From the IMG/VR virus record IMGVR_UViG_3300017714_000003: a stretch of DNA of 20,000 nt. One strand, given 5' to 3'. Below the pieces are notes generated by a model. The model saw nothing but the letters and a program-made list of their open reading frames with translations. It was not told the DNA's origin and ran no database searches. This DNA is from an uncultured virus (IMG/VR IMGVR_UViG_3300017714_000003) (lineage: Duplodnaviria > Heunggongvirae > Uroviricota > Caudoviricetes). Below, in pieces: positions 1 to 8,472 of this stretch (positions are counted from its first letter, which is position 1; the number at the start of each line of letters is the position of its first letter). Both the position numbers and the translations under genes were made by a program.

Positions 1-168
1 ATATGTTATCTTACAAGGTTCACTTGCCCAAGCTACAACACTTGGATTATCATCACAGAAATTCATGAAAGTGTGTTCCCAACTACTTCTAAAAGTAGGC
101 TCACCCCTCCCAGAGTACTTCTGTGGGTTTTTTATTGTATATTTTCCTTGATGATATTTCTGTCTCAT
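1..168 (-). CDS. gp4: Head completion nuclease, T4 gp4-like (TnsA-like endonuclease fold); 5' part only, runs off the left edge
   Basis: Not in the ORF track. Manual translation from ATG at 168 gives MRQKYHQGKYTIKNPQKYSGRGEPTFRSSWEHTFMNFCDDNPSVVAWASEPCKITY. The 'G.Y..KNP.KY.G....(Y/F)RSSWE..F...CD.NP....W.SE' pattern is the gp4 N-terminus. ATGA overlap with the upstream gene stop at 165-168. Confidence 0.9.
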   Translation of the reverse strand, partial: MRQKYHQGKYTIKNPQKYSGRGEPTFRSSWEHTFMNFCDDNPSVVAWASEPCKITY

Positions 169-434
169 TTAATAATTGCTCTTTGGACCATAGCGTTAGG
201 TTTAGATGGTTTTATTGTACCAGTCTGATAACCAAATCTCAAAGAACTATTAATTACAAATGCGCCTAAATCATTTAAGTCAAAGTTAGGTTTAATTTCA
301 TCGACTAGTTGGTATGGATTTAGTCCGTAACTTCTTGCTACGTTTGTTATTTCTCTAGCAAACGTATCTGCTTTGGCTTCTGTGAAGCCTTTCTTTCGGA
401 ATTTTGCCTTTAATACATCTATGTCGAATGCCAT
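165..434 (-). CDS. Hypothetical protein (89 aa)
   Basis: Tightly packed ORF: 1-nt gap from the upstream stop and an ATGA overlap downstream. No recognised motif. Confidence 0.75.
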   Translation of the reverse strand: MAFDIDVLKAKFRKKGFTEAKADTFAREITNVARSYGLNPYQLVDEIKPNFDLNDLGAFVINSSLRFGYQTGTIKPSKPNAMVQRAIIK

Positions 435-435
435 C

Positions 436-2046
436 TTATAAACCCCTCGTTAAATTCTTTAACACATTAATAGAAGATTGTGCGTTGTTAAGTGAAGTAG
501 CATTTGCCGATGTTCCATTTGAAGGGACAGTAACAGTCTGATTTGCTTGTCCACCACTTCTTGTATTTGAATTATTAATACCGTCTCTAACTAAATCTCC
601 TAAGATACCGAACTTACTTTGTTTCGTTTTACTTAAATTCTGTATAGAACCGATACCCGAATTTCCTAAAAGGCCTTGAGCCGCTGAATCTCTTATGTTA
701 CCCCAATTAATACTTCTTCCATTGAAGAAAGCATTTACTAATTCGTTTTTAATCGCTCCTCCTAAGTTACTTCCACCGTATCTTCCTGTACCGCCGTCAT
801 ATGTGTTACCTAAGTTGGCAAAATCTGCTATTTGAGGATATTTTGTTTCTGGAACAAAAGGATCAGTAAATCTTTCATTTGTTGGAAGAGCCTCTACAAA
901 CTGATGTCTTGATTTTGCTTCTTCAAATTCTGCTTGTGCAATTTCATTCTGTGCATCTAACACATTTGAAAATTGAGCAGGGTCAATGTCTTGGCCATTG
1001 AATTCATTCATAGGTAAACCAGAAAATTTTACTGCATTATTAAGTTTTGTTAACTCATCAAGTTTTTGTTGATTGATAAGTGCTTGTGTTTCCGCAGTTT
1101 GGTTAGCAAGTGAAGACCTATCAGTATTCTTTGACCAGAAAGGAAGTTCTTGTTCTTCGTTTACTGCACTAAGAACATCACTTGGATCTTTCTTAAATTG
1201 TGCTAATAGGTCATTAAGTCTATTATTCCATTCATTCGTCCCTGCTTCTGTGTCACGAACACTTGATTGACTAACTAAAGACTCCAGTATATACGGTTGA
1301 CCATCTGTCATCCATTTAGGGAATGCTATCTCATCTGTAACTGTTTCGAATGTGACATTTTCTGGTTGCAGATTAAAGTCAATCATCTTTAATTGTGCAT
1401 CGGCATAATCACTCGGTGAGAAATTAATAGATGTAACTAAAGGGTTAACTAGTGTAATTTTTTGAATTTTTCCTGTGCCTACTTGGTCATGTACAGTACC
1501 AGTAAAGTCAGTTGGACTTGGTGCACCGTCTAAGTTACCAAAGAAGTGAAATATTACAACTTTTTCAAAATTTTGATGAAATGATTTTCCAGATGTTGGG
1601 AACCTTCTACCTTGATTTATATCAGCAATACTTTTTTCTATATTTGCTGTATCGGTTGGTATATCACTGTTATTAAAAAATCTTTTATAGATATCTTTCA
1701 TGAAGTTAAAAGTATCACCATTAATAGTATCATACATACTAATCGATACTTCACCAAAATCTACACGTGTAGGAATATATGTTCGTTTACCATATCTATC
1801 GATTGGTACAGTGGAAGTGGCAATAGATACCCCACCTACTGCTTTAACGAATCTGTTATTTGGAAGTGATTGGCCTAAGGCGCCTGATTCAACTGTGTGG
1901 AATTCCACATACCACATATCTCCAAATTTTGGAGCTGTAGTAATGGGTCCGACGCCGTCGAACCCAAATCTTTTTCTGGCATTACTGCTATCCTGAACTA
2001 CAATATTGCCTTGCTTATTGTTGCCGCCTTGTTTCTGTGTAGCCAT
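436..2046 (-). CDS. Tail-tube-fold (gp19/gp54-like) protein with a long C-terminal extension; probable tube initiator or baseplate-junction protein
   Basis: The first ~230 aa parallel the adjacent tube protein (PKFGDMWYVEF...VPIDRYGKRTYIPTRVDFGEVSISMYD...ITLVNPLVTSINFSPSDYA...IDFNLQPE versus PKLNYRFRVQV...IPVDSYNSRMYMMGKHTWEPITITLRD...WQLEGCFVQNADYSQSDYS...IALTLQYD). GAGGT RBS upstream. Confidence 0.65.
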   Translation of the reverse strand: MATQKQGGNNKQGNIVVQDSSNARKRFGFDGVGPITTAPKFGDMWYVEFHTVESGALGQSLPNNRFVKAVGGVSIATSTVPIDRYGKRTYIPTRVDFGEVSISMYDTINGDTFNFMKDIYKRFFNNSDIPTDTANIEKSIADINQGRRFPTSGKSFHQNFEKVVIFHFFGNLDGAPSPTDFTGTVHDQVGTGKIQKITLVNPLVTSINFSPSDYADAQLKMIDFNLQPENVTFETVTDEIAFPKWMTDGQPYILESLVSQSSVRDTEAGTNEWNNRLNDLLAQFKKDPSDVLSAVNEEQELPFWSKNTDRSSLANQTAETQALINQQKLDELTKLNNAVKFSGLPMNEFNGQDIDPAQFSNVLDAQNEIAQAEFEEAKSRHQFVEALPTNERFTDPFVPETKYPQIADFANLGNTYDGGTGRYGGSNLGGAIKNELVNAFFNGRSINWGNIRDSAAQGLLGNSGIGSIQNLSKTKQSKFGILGDLVRDGINNSNTRSGGQANQTVTVPSNGTSANATSLNNAQSSINVLKNLTRGL

Positions 2047-2062
2047 AATAGCCTACCTCAGA

Positions 2063-2662
2063 TTAACCAAGAATACTTGAATTATTAACGAATGTTGTGT
2101 CAGGCATAATTTCAGTATCAGTGAATACTGCGTTATCGTACTGTAGTGTTAGTGCGATTGTCACAGGATCTGAAACTGAGTAATCTGACTGAGAATAATC
2201 TGCATTCTGAACAAAACAACCTTCTAGTTGCCATTGTTCGTTTGGATTGCCTGAGTTACCGTCAAGTATTTCAATTAATGTAGAAAACTTGTAGTTAGTA
2301 CCTGCCGCCGGACCAGCTTGATTTCTGTGGTTCAACTGTGATTGTACTTGTCTACCTACTAGTTTAGTTAAATTGTTTGCAATATCATCACGTAGAGTAA
2401 TTGTGATAGGTTCCCAAGTGTGTTTACCCATCATATACATACGAGAGTTATATGAATCTACAGGAATTGATTCGTGTGTAATCTTTGGACGAGTTACGTT
2501 CATAACTTGTCTTGTGAATTCGGTAGTGTTTGTAGCCACTCCACCGAAACCTGCTACTTGAACACGGAAACGATAGTTTAATTTAGGCTGTAGAATACCT
2601 GAGCCAGTTACGCCATCGCCGCTGTCTGTAGGTACACCAAAAGTATTTAATGTTCTTGCCAT
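2063..2662 (-). CDS. gp19: Tail tube protein, T4 gp19-like
   Basis: 199 aa, directly downstream of the sheath gene. Tube motifs G(K)HTWEPITITLRDD and WQLEGCF...DYS...TLQYD. AGGAGA RBS. Confidence 0.88.
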   Translation of the reverse strand: MARTLNTFGVPTDSGDGVTGSGILQPKLNYRFRVQVAGFGGVATNTTEFTRQVMNVTRPKITHESIPVDSYNSRMYMMGKHTWEPITITLRDDIANNLTKLVGRQVQSQLNHRNQAGPAAGTNYKFSTLIEILDGNSGNPNEQWQLEGCFVQNADYSQSDYSVSDPVTIALTLQYDNAVFTDTEIMPDTTFVNNSSILG

Positions 2663-2707
2663 GTTTTTGTCTCCTAAAAAGTTTCGAAACTTTACTTTAT
2701 ATAAGAG

Positions 2708-2715
2708 TATTTATC
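2708..2715 (-). promoter_or_regulatory. Putative late promoter GATAAATA (tail tube)
   Basis: TATTTATC on the + strand, between a terminator and the tube RBS. One base from the T4 late promoter TATAAATA and recurring before other structural genes. Confidence 0.75.
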
Positions 2716-2744
2716 TTTTATGAATATAATTAAAGTTGTAGTTA

Positions 2745-2772
2745 ATAAAAACCCGACATTACTGCCGGGTTT
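2745..2772 (-). terminator. Intrinsic terminator after the tail sheath gene
   Basis: The minus strand reads AAACCCGGCA-GTAA-TGTCGGGTTT-TTATT: a GC-rich stem with one G-U pair, a GNRA loop and a U-tract. Confidence 0.8.
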
Positions 2773-2799
2773 CTAAGATTTTTATTGGTTTTTCTCAGC

Positions 2800-5478
2800 T
2801 TACGCTAGAGATTCGCCTGTATTTCTGATACGTAGTGGGATGTAGATAAACTCTACTGCTTTCACTGGTTGAATTGCAACGTCTACCCATAACTCGTTTC
2901 TATCGATACGAGCCGGAGTATTGTTTGATTCGTCACAAACAACTAAGAAGTCGAATAGACCTCTGTTAGTTACTAGTTCACCACAGAAACGTTCTACTGC
3001 ATCACGCATGTTATCACGTGTGATTTTGTCATTCTGTTCGAATAAGAAACCACGAGATAATTGATCCAAATTGAAACGCATATAGTTTACAAGTCTCGCA
3101 ACATTAATACGGTCAAGTGCTGATGCAAATGCCTGTGCTGTTTTTTGACCATAAACTACTAGACCTTGATTTGGAAGGTCTGCGATTGGATTAACACGTG
3201 AAGTGTAAAGTGCATCACGTTGTCCGTTACTTAAACGAACTTGTGCAAATTCACTTTCATCTGTTACGTAACCTACTTTACTTGCATTCGTTACAACACC
3301 ACGTGTCAAGCCCGCTGGAGCGAACCATGGGAATGATACTTGGTCTGAGAATGCGATAGTACGTAGTGCGATTGCTGATGATGGAATAACAACATCATTA
3401 CCTGATAAGTCTGTTGAAAGACCATGTGGGTAATAAACGCCTGCATATGATTCTGCTGGAACGTTATCAGTTGCCCAATTTTTCATAGATGTAGAATCTG
3501 ATTTCAAGTCCATTGGTGTATCACCAATAACGAAAGCAACTTCTTTCTTATCTTTGTTTAGAGCAATCATTTCGTCCATTAGTTCTGGATAACCAGGAGC
3601 CGCAATCAAGTTAAAGTAAACTGATTCTGAACGAATACCATCATTACCTGCGATTGACGCCTGCATAGCTTCCACAACCATATTACGTTGTGCTTCTTTA
3701 CCGAATTTGCCTGAGCCATCTAAGTTAGAACCTGATGCCCATTCCCACTTACCGTTAACATATTTTTTAACATTGTAAGTAGAGTAATCCATGTTCACTA
3801 ATAACATACCGTCTGGATGCAATTCAGCATTTGCTGTTTTGGCATGTGCAGTACGTGAATTAATGTTTCCGTTTGCATCGTATGGTGCTTCCTCTGAGAA
3901 ATGAGAGAAAACGATACCATTGCTAGATGATTGGTCAGCATTATCTAGTTTAACCCATTTGCCACCGTCCCAACGATAGACATGTGGATAAGGCATAGCA
4001 TCACTATCTACCCAAATGTCGCCAGTGAATAGATTAGTTGTACCATCTTTACGTTTTGTTGGCATACCTGAACGTAATTGTAATTCATTGCCCATTAAAC
4101 CGTCTGTGTCCTCAGACCAAGCATGTTGTTGCCATTGCTGAACACCACTTACGTAAGCATTTCTAAGTACTTCAATTTTTAAATCTGCATCAAACCATAG
4201 AGTACCTTCTGCTACTGCACCTTTTGGTGTAGATGAAGATGCTTCATATGATAAGTCTGCCCAAACACTATCAATGTTTGTTGATTGAGCAAGTCCCATT
4301 GCATTGAAACCAGAAGAAAATACGATGTTTAGTTCTAATCCGTCTGATTTAGTCCATCTGACTTTATCAGCACCGATTTTTTCAACTGAAACGTTAGCCG
4401 CATTTAAATTTGTGTTCATTTGCATTTGTACTACAAGAGCATCTAATGTTACCGCAGTAACATTGAACTGTGTACCTTCAACTGTGAAGTCCGCAGTGAT
4501 ACTTGTAGTATCAGGGATTTGACCTGTTGTGATTGTTGTAGCTACTTTACCAGTATGTCTACGTAACTCAACGAAACCTAATGCTGAGTTATAACGTGCA
4601 TAGATATCACCTTCATCAATTAATGATGTTCCTGCGATATCATCTGTAGAATATAGTGGTGCTTGAACTGATGTCCATAAGCCTGTAGTAGAATTATAAA
4701 CAGCCGCTGATAAATCTAAACCACCGCCTTGTTTTGTAAGTCTAACATAAATTTCGCCACCCGCTAAAGCATTGTTATCTGATTTAGTTGTTGGTGCAAA
4801 AGCAGACCACTGAAAATCTGATGAACCAGTGTCACCAGTGATGACCCAGTTAACACCTACTTTTTCCCAGTAAGTAATTTTTGTTGTTGATGTTACAACG
4901 GCGATGTCTCCTGCAGAACCGAATGTGTTTTTCGGTGATGCAAAACCATCAGCATTGATAGCCTCAACATTACCTGTTCCTGGTGCATCTGTTAACACTT
5001 TAGGTGTAACTGCTTTCCAGTCTGTACCATCATGTTTAAAGATACCAAAATCAGATGTTGACGTATCGTGCCAATATGTTCCGTTTGTAATTGCGCCAGC
5101 TGGTTCGTTTGAAGTCGCTTCTAATTGTGACATGTCCACGTTAGCACGTACAACATAGGCGTTGTTTGAAACTCCTAAGTATTGATACGCGGCTAGTAGG
5201 CCATATTCACTTGTCTCTGCTCCTTGCACAACCGATCCGCCAACTTCATAGAACACAGGTTCGCCGAAAGTTTCAACTAATTCTCGTTGTGAAGAAACAA
5301 GATATGCAACACCGGCGTTAGCCTCAAGTGTTCCAGATGCGATTGCTGAACCAGATGCGTCTGTTTTGTTTGTTGCCGTAGCAACGACTAGTAGTGGAAG
5401 TGTACCTTGTGTAGCGGCCGCATATTGCGACTCATCACTAACAACAACTGACACGCCCGGTGATACTAATGTAGGCAT
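2800..5478 (-). CDS. gp18: Contractile tail sheath protein, T4 gp18-like, with a large central insertion
   Basis: N-terminal LVSPGVSV...LVETFGEP...YVVRA. C-terminal PWFAPAGLTRG, RVNPI, VVYGQKT, ALDRINVARL, VVCDESNNTPARIDRNELWVDVAIQPVKAVEFIYI. AAGGAGA RBS. Confidence 0.97.
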   Translation of the reverse strand: MPTLVSPGVSVVVSDESQYAAATQGTLPLLVVATATNKTDASGSAIASGTLEANAGVAYLVSSQRELVETFGEPVFYEVGGSVVQGAETSEYGLLAAYQYLGVSNNAYVVRANVDMSQLEATSNEPAGAITNGTYWHDTSTSDFGIFKHDGTDWKAVTPKVLTDAPGTGNVEAINADGFASPKNTFGSAGDIAVVTSTTKITYWEKVGVNWVITGDTGSSDFQWSAFAPTTKSDNNALAGGEIYVRLTKQGGGLDLSAAVYNSTTGLWTSVQAPLYSTDDIAGTSLIDEGDIYARYNSALGFVELRRHTGKVATTITTGQIPDTTSITADFTVEGTQFNVTAVTLDALVVQMQMNTNLNAANVSVEKIGADKVRWTKSDGLELNIVFSSGFNAMGLAQSTNIDSVWADLSYEASSSTPKGAVAEGTLWFDADLKIEVLRNAYVSGVQQWQQHAWSEDTDGLMGNELQLRSGMPTKRKDGTTNLFTGDIWVDSDAMPYPHVYRWDGGKWVKLDNADQSSSNGIVFSHFSEEAPYDANGNINSRTAHAKTANAELHPDGMLLVNMDYSTYNVKKYVNGKWEWASGSNLDGSGKFGKEAQRNMVVEAMQASIAGNDGIRSESVYFNLIAAPGYPELMDEMIALNKDKKEVAFVIGDTPMDLKSDSTSMKNWATDNVPAESYAGVYYPHGLSTDLSGNDVVIPSSAIALRTIAFSDQVSFPWFAPAGLTRGVVTNASKVGYVTDESEFAQVRLSNGQRDALYTSRVNPIADLPNQGLVVYGQKTAQAFASALDRINVARLVNYMRFNLDQLSRGFLFEQNDKITRDNMRDAVERFCGELVTNRGLFDFLVVCDESNNTPARIDRNELWVDVAIQPVKAVEFIYIPLRIRNTGESLA

Positions 5479-5536
5479 TCTGTTTCTCCTTAATTATATA
5501 AATTGCATTGTAGCAAAATTCTTTTATTGCTACTAC

Positions 5537-5544
5537 TATTTATC
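5537..5544 (-). promoter_or_regulatory. Putative late promoter GATAAATA (tail sheath)
   Basis: TATTTATC on the + strand, intergenic, about 60 nt upstream of the sheath ATG. Confidence 0.75.
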
Positions 5545-5578
5545 GAAAAACACAAAAAAGTGGCTGTTTTTGAATTAA

Positions 5579-6205
5579 CTACGTAGACAATACATCTGTA
5601 ACTTGGCTATATAGATGCTCCAAGTCTTTAGAATTGTCGAATTCTATGTCAAAGTCCCATCCAGCCCAACTATACTCGCTTTTATGTACGTCTGGATATC
5701 GTTTCATGGGATCAAGCATATTCTCTGATTTAGTCTTATTTGATGTACAAGCATTCTGCCACCATTCAGGCTTTTCTTTTCGCCATACTACAGTAGTCTT
5801 GCCACCTAATCGTTTAATAACATCTAATTCATTGTAAAATCTGCAATCAGAAATGACTACATTTTTGTCTGTTAATTCGACTTGTCTTTCACAAGCCTCT
5901 ACCCAGATATCTGGGTGAAAATGTGTTCTGAACACATCTGTACCTACATGTTGTAAGGCCCATCTTGGTGTGAAGTTAGGAATACCTAATCTTTTTGCCC
6001 ACCATTCATCTACTTGTTCTCTGAATACTCTACTCTCTGATGTATTACCTTCTAAAAGAATTCTGTCCCATCCAAATATATTTGCACATGCATCTTTTAG
6101 AACTCCTGCAAAACTTATTCGTTGAAAGCCGTTTTCAATTAAGTGACCTGCGACCGTGTCTTTTCCATGACCTATTAGCCCACAGATACCTATAATTTTT
6201 TTCAT
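5579..6205 (-). CDS. Deoxynucleoside monophosphate kinase, T4 gp1-like
   Basis: P-loop IIGICGLIGHGKDT, then SFAGVLKD, TPRWALQHVGTDVFR and VVISDCRFYNE, all typical of phage dNMP kinases. Confidence 0.92.
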   Translation of the reverse strand: MKKIIGICGLIGHGKDTVAGHLIENGFQRISFAGVLKDACANIFGWDRILLEGNTSESRVFREQVDEWWAKRLGIPNFTPRWALQHVGTDVFRTHFHPDIWVEACERQVELTDKNVVISDCRFYNELDVIKRLGGKTTVVWRKEKPEWWQNACTSNKTKSENMLDPMKRYPDVHKSEYSWAGWDFDIEFDNSKDLEHLYSQVTDVLST

Positions 6206-6525
6206 ATAATCCTCAAAAGAATGTTATACAGTATTATCGTTACAGATAAACCGGCTATAACACTACACCAAAATCCTATCTTTGTAACTAGTAACCCAAA
6301 TATAACAAAAAATACGAGACTTGTCAAGACAAAATACGTAGTTTCGAAACTAAATTTTGCAAAAGTATCTGCATCAATGCCTGAATACCACATAAAAATC
6401 ATTGCAAGAAAGGCAGTAAAAGGTATACCCAATAAAAATGCCGCCATTGTAGCACTTCTTTGAGCCACCATACTAACTGATGCTATTACTATTCCTGATA
6501 TTAATGCTTTTAAAAAGAATTCCAT
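6202..6525 (-). CDS. Small multi-pass membrane protein, DUF3147/GlpM-like
   Basis: 107 aa with about four hydrophobic segments. The pattern LKALISGIVIASVS.VAQRS...AAFLLGIPFTAFLAMIFMW resembles bacterial DUF3147 proteins (recalled, not searched). Confidence 0.7.
   Translation of the reverse strand: MEFFLKALISGIVIASVSMVAQRSATMAAFLLGIPFTAFLAMIFMWYSGIDADTFAKFSFETTYFVLTSLVFFVIFGLLVTKIGFWCSVIAGLSVTIILYNILLRII
6299..6327 (-). promoter_or_regulatory. Putative internal sigma70-type promoter for the dNMP kinase
   Basis: The minus strand reads TTGACA (6327-6322)-N17-TATATT (6304-6299), with a TGn extended -10. It lies about 90 nt upstream of the kinase ATG. Confidence 0.5.
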
Positions 6526-7634
6526 ATTTCTCTTGTTCCTAATTTTTCTATCAATGTATTTACCTTAATATCATTTTCTTTTTCTTTGTCTATAATTTGG
6601 TCAAGGGTATATGAATACTTTGTTGGTTGATTTATAAATTCTAATAAAAATTGTAATTCTTCTTGTCCCTCAAATGCATGTTTGAGTACATTAGATAGTT
6701 TAATCTTTAAACTACTTTCTAAGTTCTTTAATGACATATGCTCTGGATAGTCTAATATATCAAAATAAGGCATCTTCCCAAAGTGACCGTATGAAAACTC
6801 TACTATATCCTTTAATAGGTGTATGTTAAAGACGTTTATCACAGTATGCATACCTAACGTCATATTATCTGATTTATGCTCTGTAAAGTGATTTATGGCG
6901 CTTTGAATAGTATCCCATTTGTGTGGGGGTCTTAGTATCTCATTTGCTTCGCCTATAGCATCGATACTAAATGTAACTTCTACTTCTTTTAGTTTAGACC
7001 ATGCATCAAATATTTCTTGTTTTGGTATTATTGTACCGTTAGTATTGTAGAACAATTTTACATTACTTGGATCATCTGATTTGCTTATAATTTGTTTTAA
7101 AAAGTTTGCATGTTTTTTATCTATTAACGGTTCTCCACCAACAAACTTAACGAAATCTAATTTAGATAAATCAGTGTCGTAATATTCTAAGTCAAATGAA
7201 TCAACTGAAACATCAACTGACATTCCAGGATTTTTTATAAGTTTCCATTTACTACTAAATGTATCATTACACATTCTACATGATAAATTACAATGTGTGG
7301 ATAAAGCAGTTTCAATATATCTTATCTTTGGTTGTTGCCCTATAAATTTATCGTATTGTTTATACTGTTGTCTGAATGATTCAATACCATTATCTTCTGC
7401 ATTCCAACACTTGTCACACATTGAAAGTTTTTTACCTTTCAACATTTCACTTCTTATATCGTCAAAGAATTTAGAATTGAATGCGTTATTCAATCCATCA
7501 GATAATTTTGGGGCTTCGTTTAAATTTGGGATATTATTTTCTTCTACGAAACAACAAGGCAGAACGGTACCGTCTACTTTAAGTCTAGCATGAGACCATA
7601 ATAATGAACAAGCAGTGTTAGATGAATTATCCAA
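6510..7634 (-). CDS. Radical SAM protein with an N-terminal twitch/SPASM-like Cys-rich domain
   Basis: CNLSCRMC (CxxxCxxC), FVGGEPL, YNTNGT and FSIDA. The N-terminal C...DGTVLPCC...CDKCW matches an auxiliary-cluster motif. Confidence 0.93.
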   Translation of the reverse strand: MDNSSNTACSLLWSHARLKVDGTVLPCCFVEENNIPNLNEAPKLSDGLNNAFNSKFFDDIRSEMLKGKKLSMCDKCWNAEDNGIESFRQQYKQYDKFIGQQPKIRYIETALSTHCNLSCRMCNDTFSSKWKLIKNPGMSVDVSVDSFDLEYYDTDLSKLDFVKFVGGEPLIDKKHANFLKQIISKSDDPSNVKLFYNTNGTIIPKQEIFDAWSKLKEVEVTFSIDAIGEANEILRPPHKWDTIQSAINHFTEHKSDNMTLGMHTVINVFNIHLLKDIVEFSYGHFGKMPYFDILDYPEHMSLKNLESSLKIKLSNVLKHAFEGQEELQFLLEFINQPTKYSYTLDQIIDKEKENDIKVNTLIEKLGTREIWNSF

Positions 7635-8376
7635 TTACAAACCCAAGTGGAGCAGAACCATCAACATAAGTTTGTAGTTCACTTTCCAACTTGTCAATTA
7701 AAACATCTGCTTCGTTTTTCATTTCTGCACCATTCAATGTTACTCCGCCTTGAGCACCAGGTAATGATGAGAATTTACTTCTTGCTTCACCTAACATCTT
7801 TTTACAATATGCTAAAGTATAATCTCTCATCCATGATTTAAGATACGGATCTTCAAGTAATTGTTCTTCTGGTCTTTCTAAGTGAACATGAATTAGAACC
7901 ATTTCATCGGCTCTCATTCTTCGTAGTAGTTTTAATTTTTTTGTACTTGGATTCCAAATGAATTGGATATCTGTAGCGGCTACTCTGTTTAATGCTTCAC
8001 GATATTGTGCAAATGCATCAAAAGTTGCGATACCACCAATGTGATTGTTTAAGAAAAAGTATGAGTTAGCATATGCTAATTCAAATGGATCCATATCAAC
8101 GCCTCCAGAGATACCATGTCCAAATGAACGATGCCAAACTTGTTTGACTTCTGTAATCTCTGCTGGTAGAGTGTATTCGTCTACATCTTTTTTTAGTTCT
8201 ATTGAATAGAAATCTTCTTCTACTGCGTTTTCAGACCTTTGTCTTATCTTTGATAAAGCAACATCTACTGCTAAATCATAGTGGTCTGGATCAAGTTCAA
8301 TATCGACCATACCATCACCTAGTAATAGTCTTACTTCCTTGATTACATTATTTCTAATTTTTGTATTTTTAGCCAT
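7627..8376 (-). CDS. gp13: Neck protein, T4 gp13-like
   Basis: N-terminal LLLGDGMVDIELDPDHYDLAVDVAL and C-terminal WMRDYTLAYCKKMLG...GGVTLNG...PLGFVIG match the gp13 pattern. Confidence 0.88.
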   Translation of the reverse strand: MAKNTKIRNNVIKEVRLLLGDGMVDIELDPDHYDLAVDVALSKIRQRSENAVEEDFYSIELKKDVDEYTLPAEITEVKQVWHRSFGHGISGGVDMDPFELAYANSYFFLNNHIGGIATFDAFAQYREALNRVAATDIQFIWNPSTKKLKLLRRMRADEMVLIHVHLERPEEQLLEDPYLKSWMRDYTLAYCKKMLGEARSKFSSLPGAQGGVTLNGAEMKNEADVLIDKLESELQTYVDGSAPLGFVIG

Positions 8377-8400
8377 TGATATTACTCCAACTATATACAG

Positions 8401-8408
8401 TATTTATC
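8401..8408 (-). promoter_or_regulatory. Putative late promoter GATAAATA (gp13 operon)
   Basis: TATTTATC on the + strand, between a terminator and the gp13 RBS (GGAG). Confidence 0.75.
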
Positions 8409-8423
8409 ATTTAGTGGAGATAT

Positions 8424-8455
8424 AAAAAAAGCCCACTCAAGAATGGGCTCTTTTT
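8424..8455 (-). terminator. Intrinsic terminator after the 162-aa gene (possibly bidirectional)
   Basis: The minus strand reads AGCCCATT-CTTG-AGTGGGCT-TTTTTT. There is also a T-run on the + side. Confidence 0.85.
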
Positions 8456-8472
8456 GTTGAAATTTTTAGTTA

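Noticed and set aside
3710..5140. Intein or intron explaining the long sheath
   Set aside because: The frame is continuous, and I saw no intein splice-junction motifs or homing-endonuclease motifs.
436..5478. Bacterial contractile injection system (eCIS, tailocin or T6SS)
   Set aside because: The neck proteins gp13 and gp14, gp4, the dNMP kinase and T4-like late promoters indicate a head-bearing phage.
6339..6352. Palindrome TAGTTTCGAAACTA, sharing its core with 2678-2693
   Set aside because: It lies within coding sequence (F-S-F-E-T) and there are only two copies, so chance cannot be excluded.
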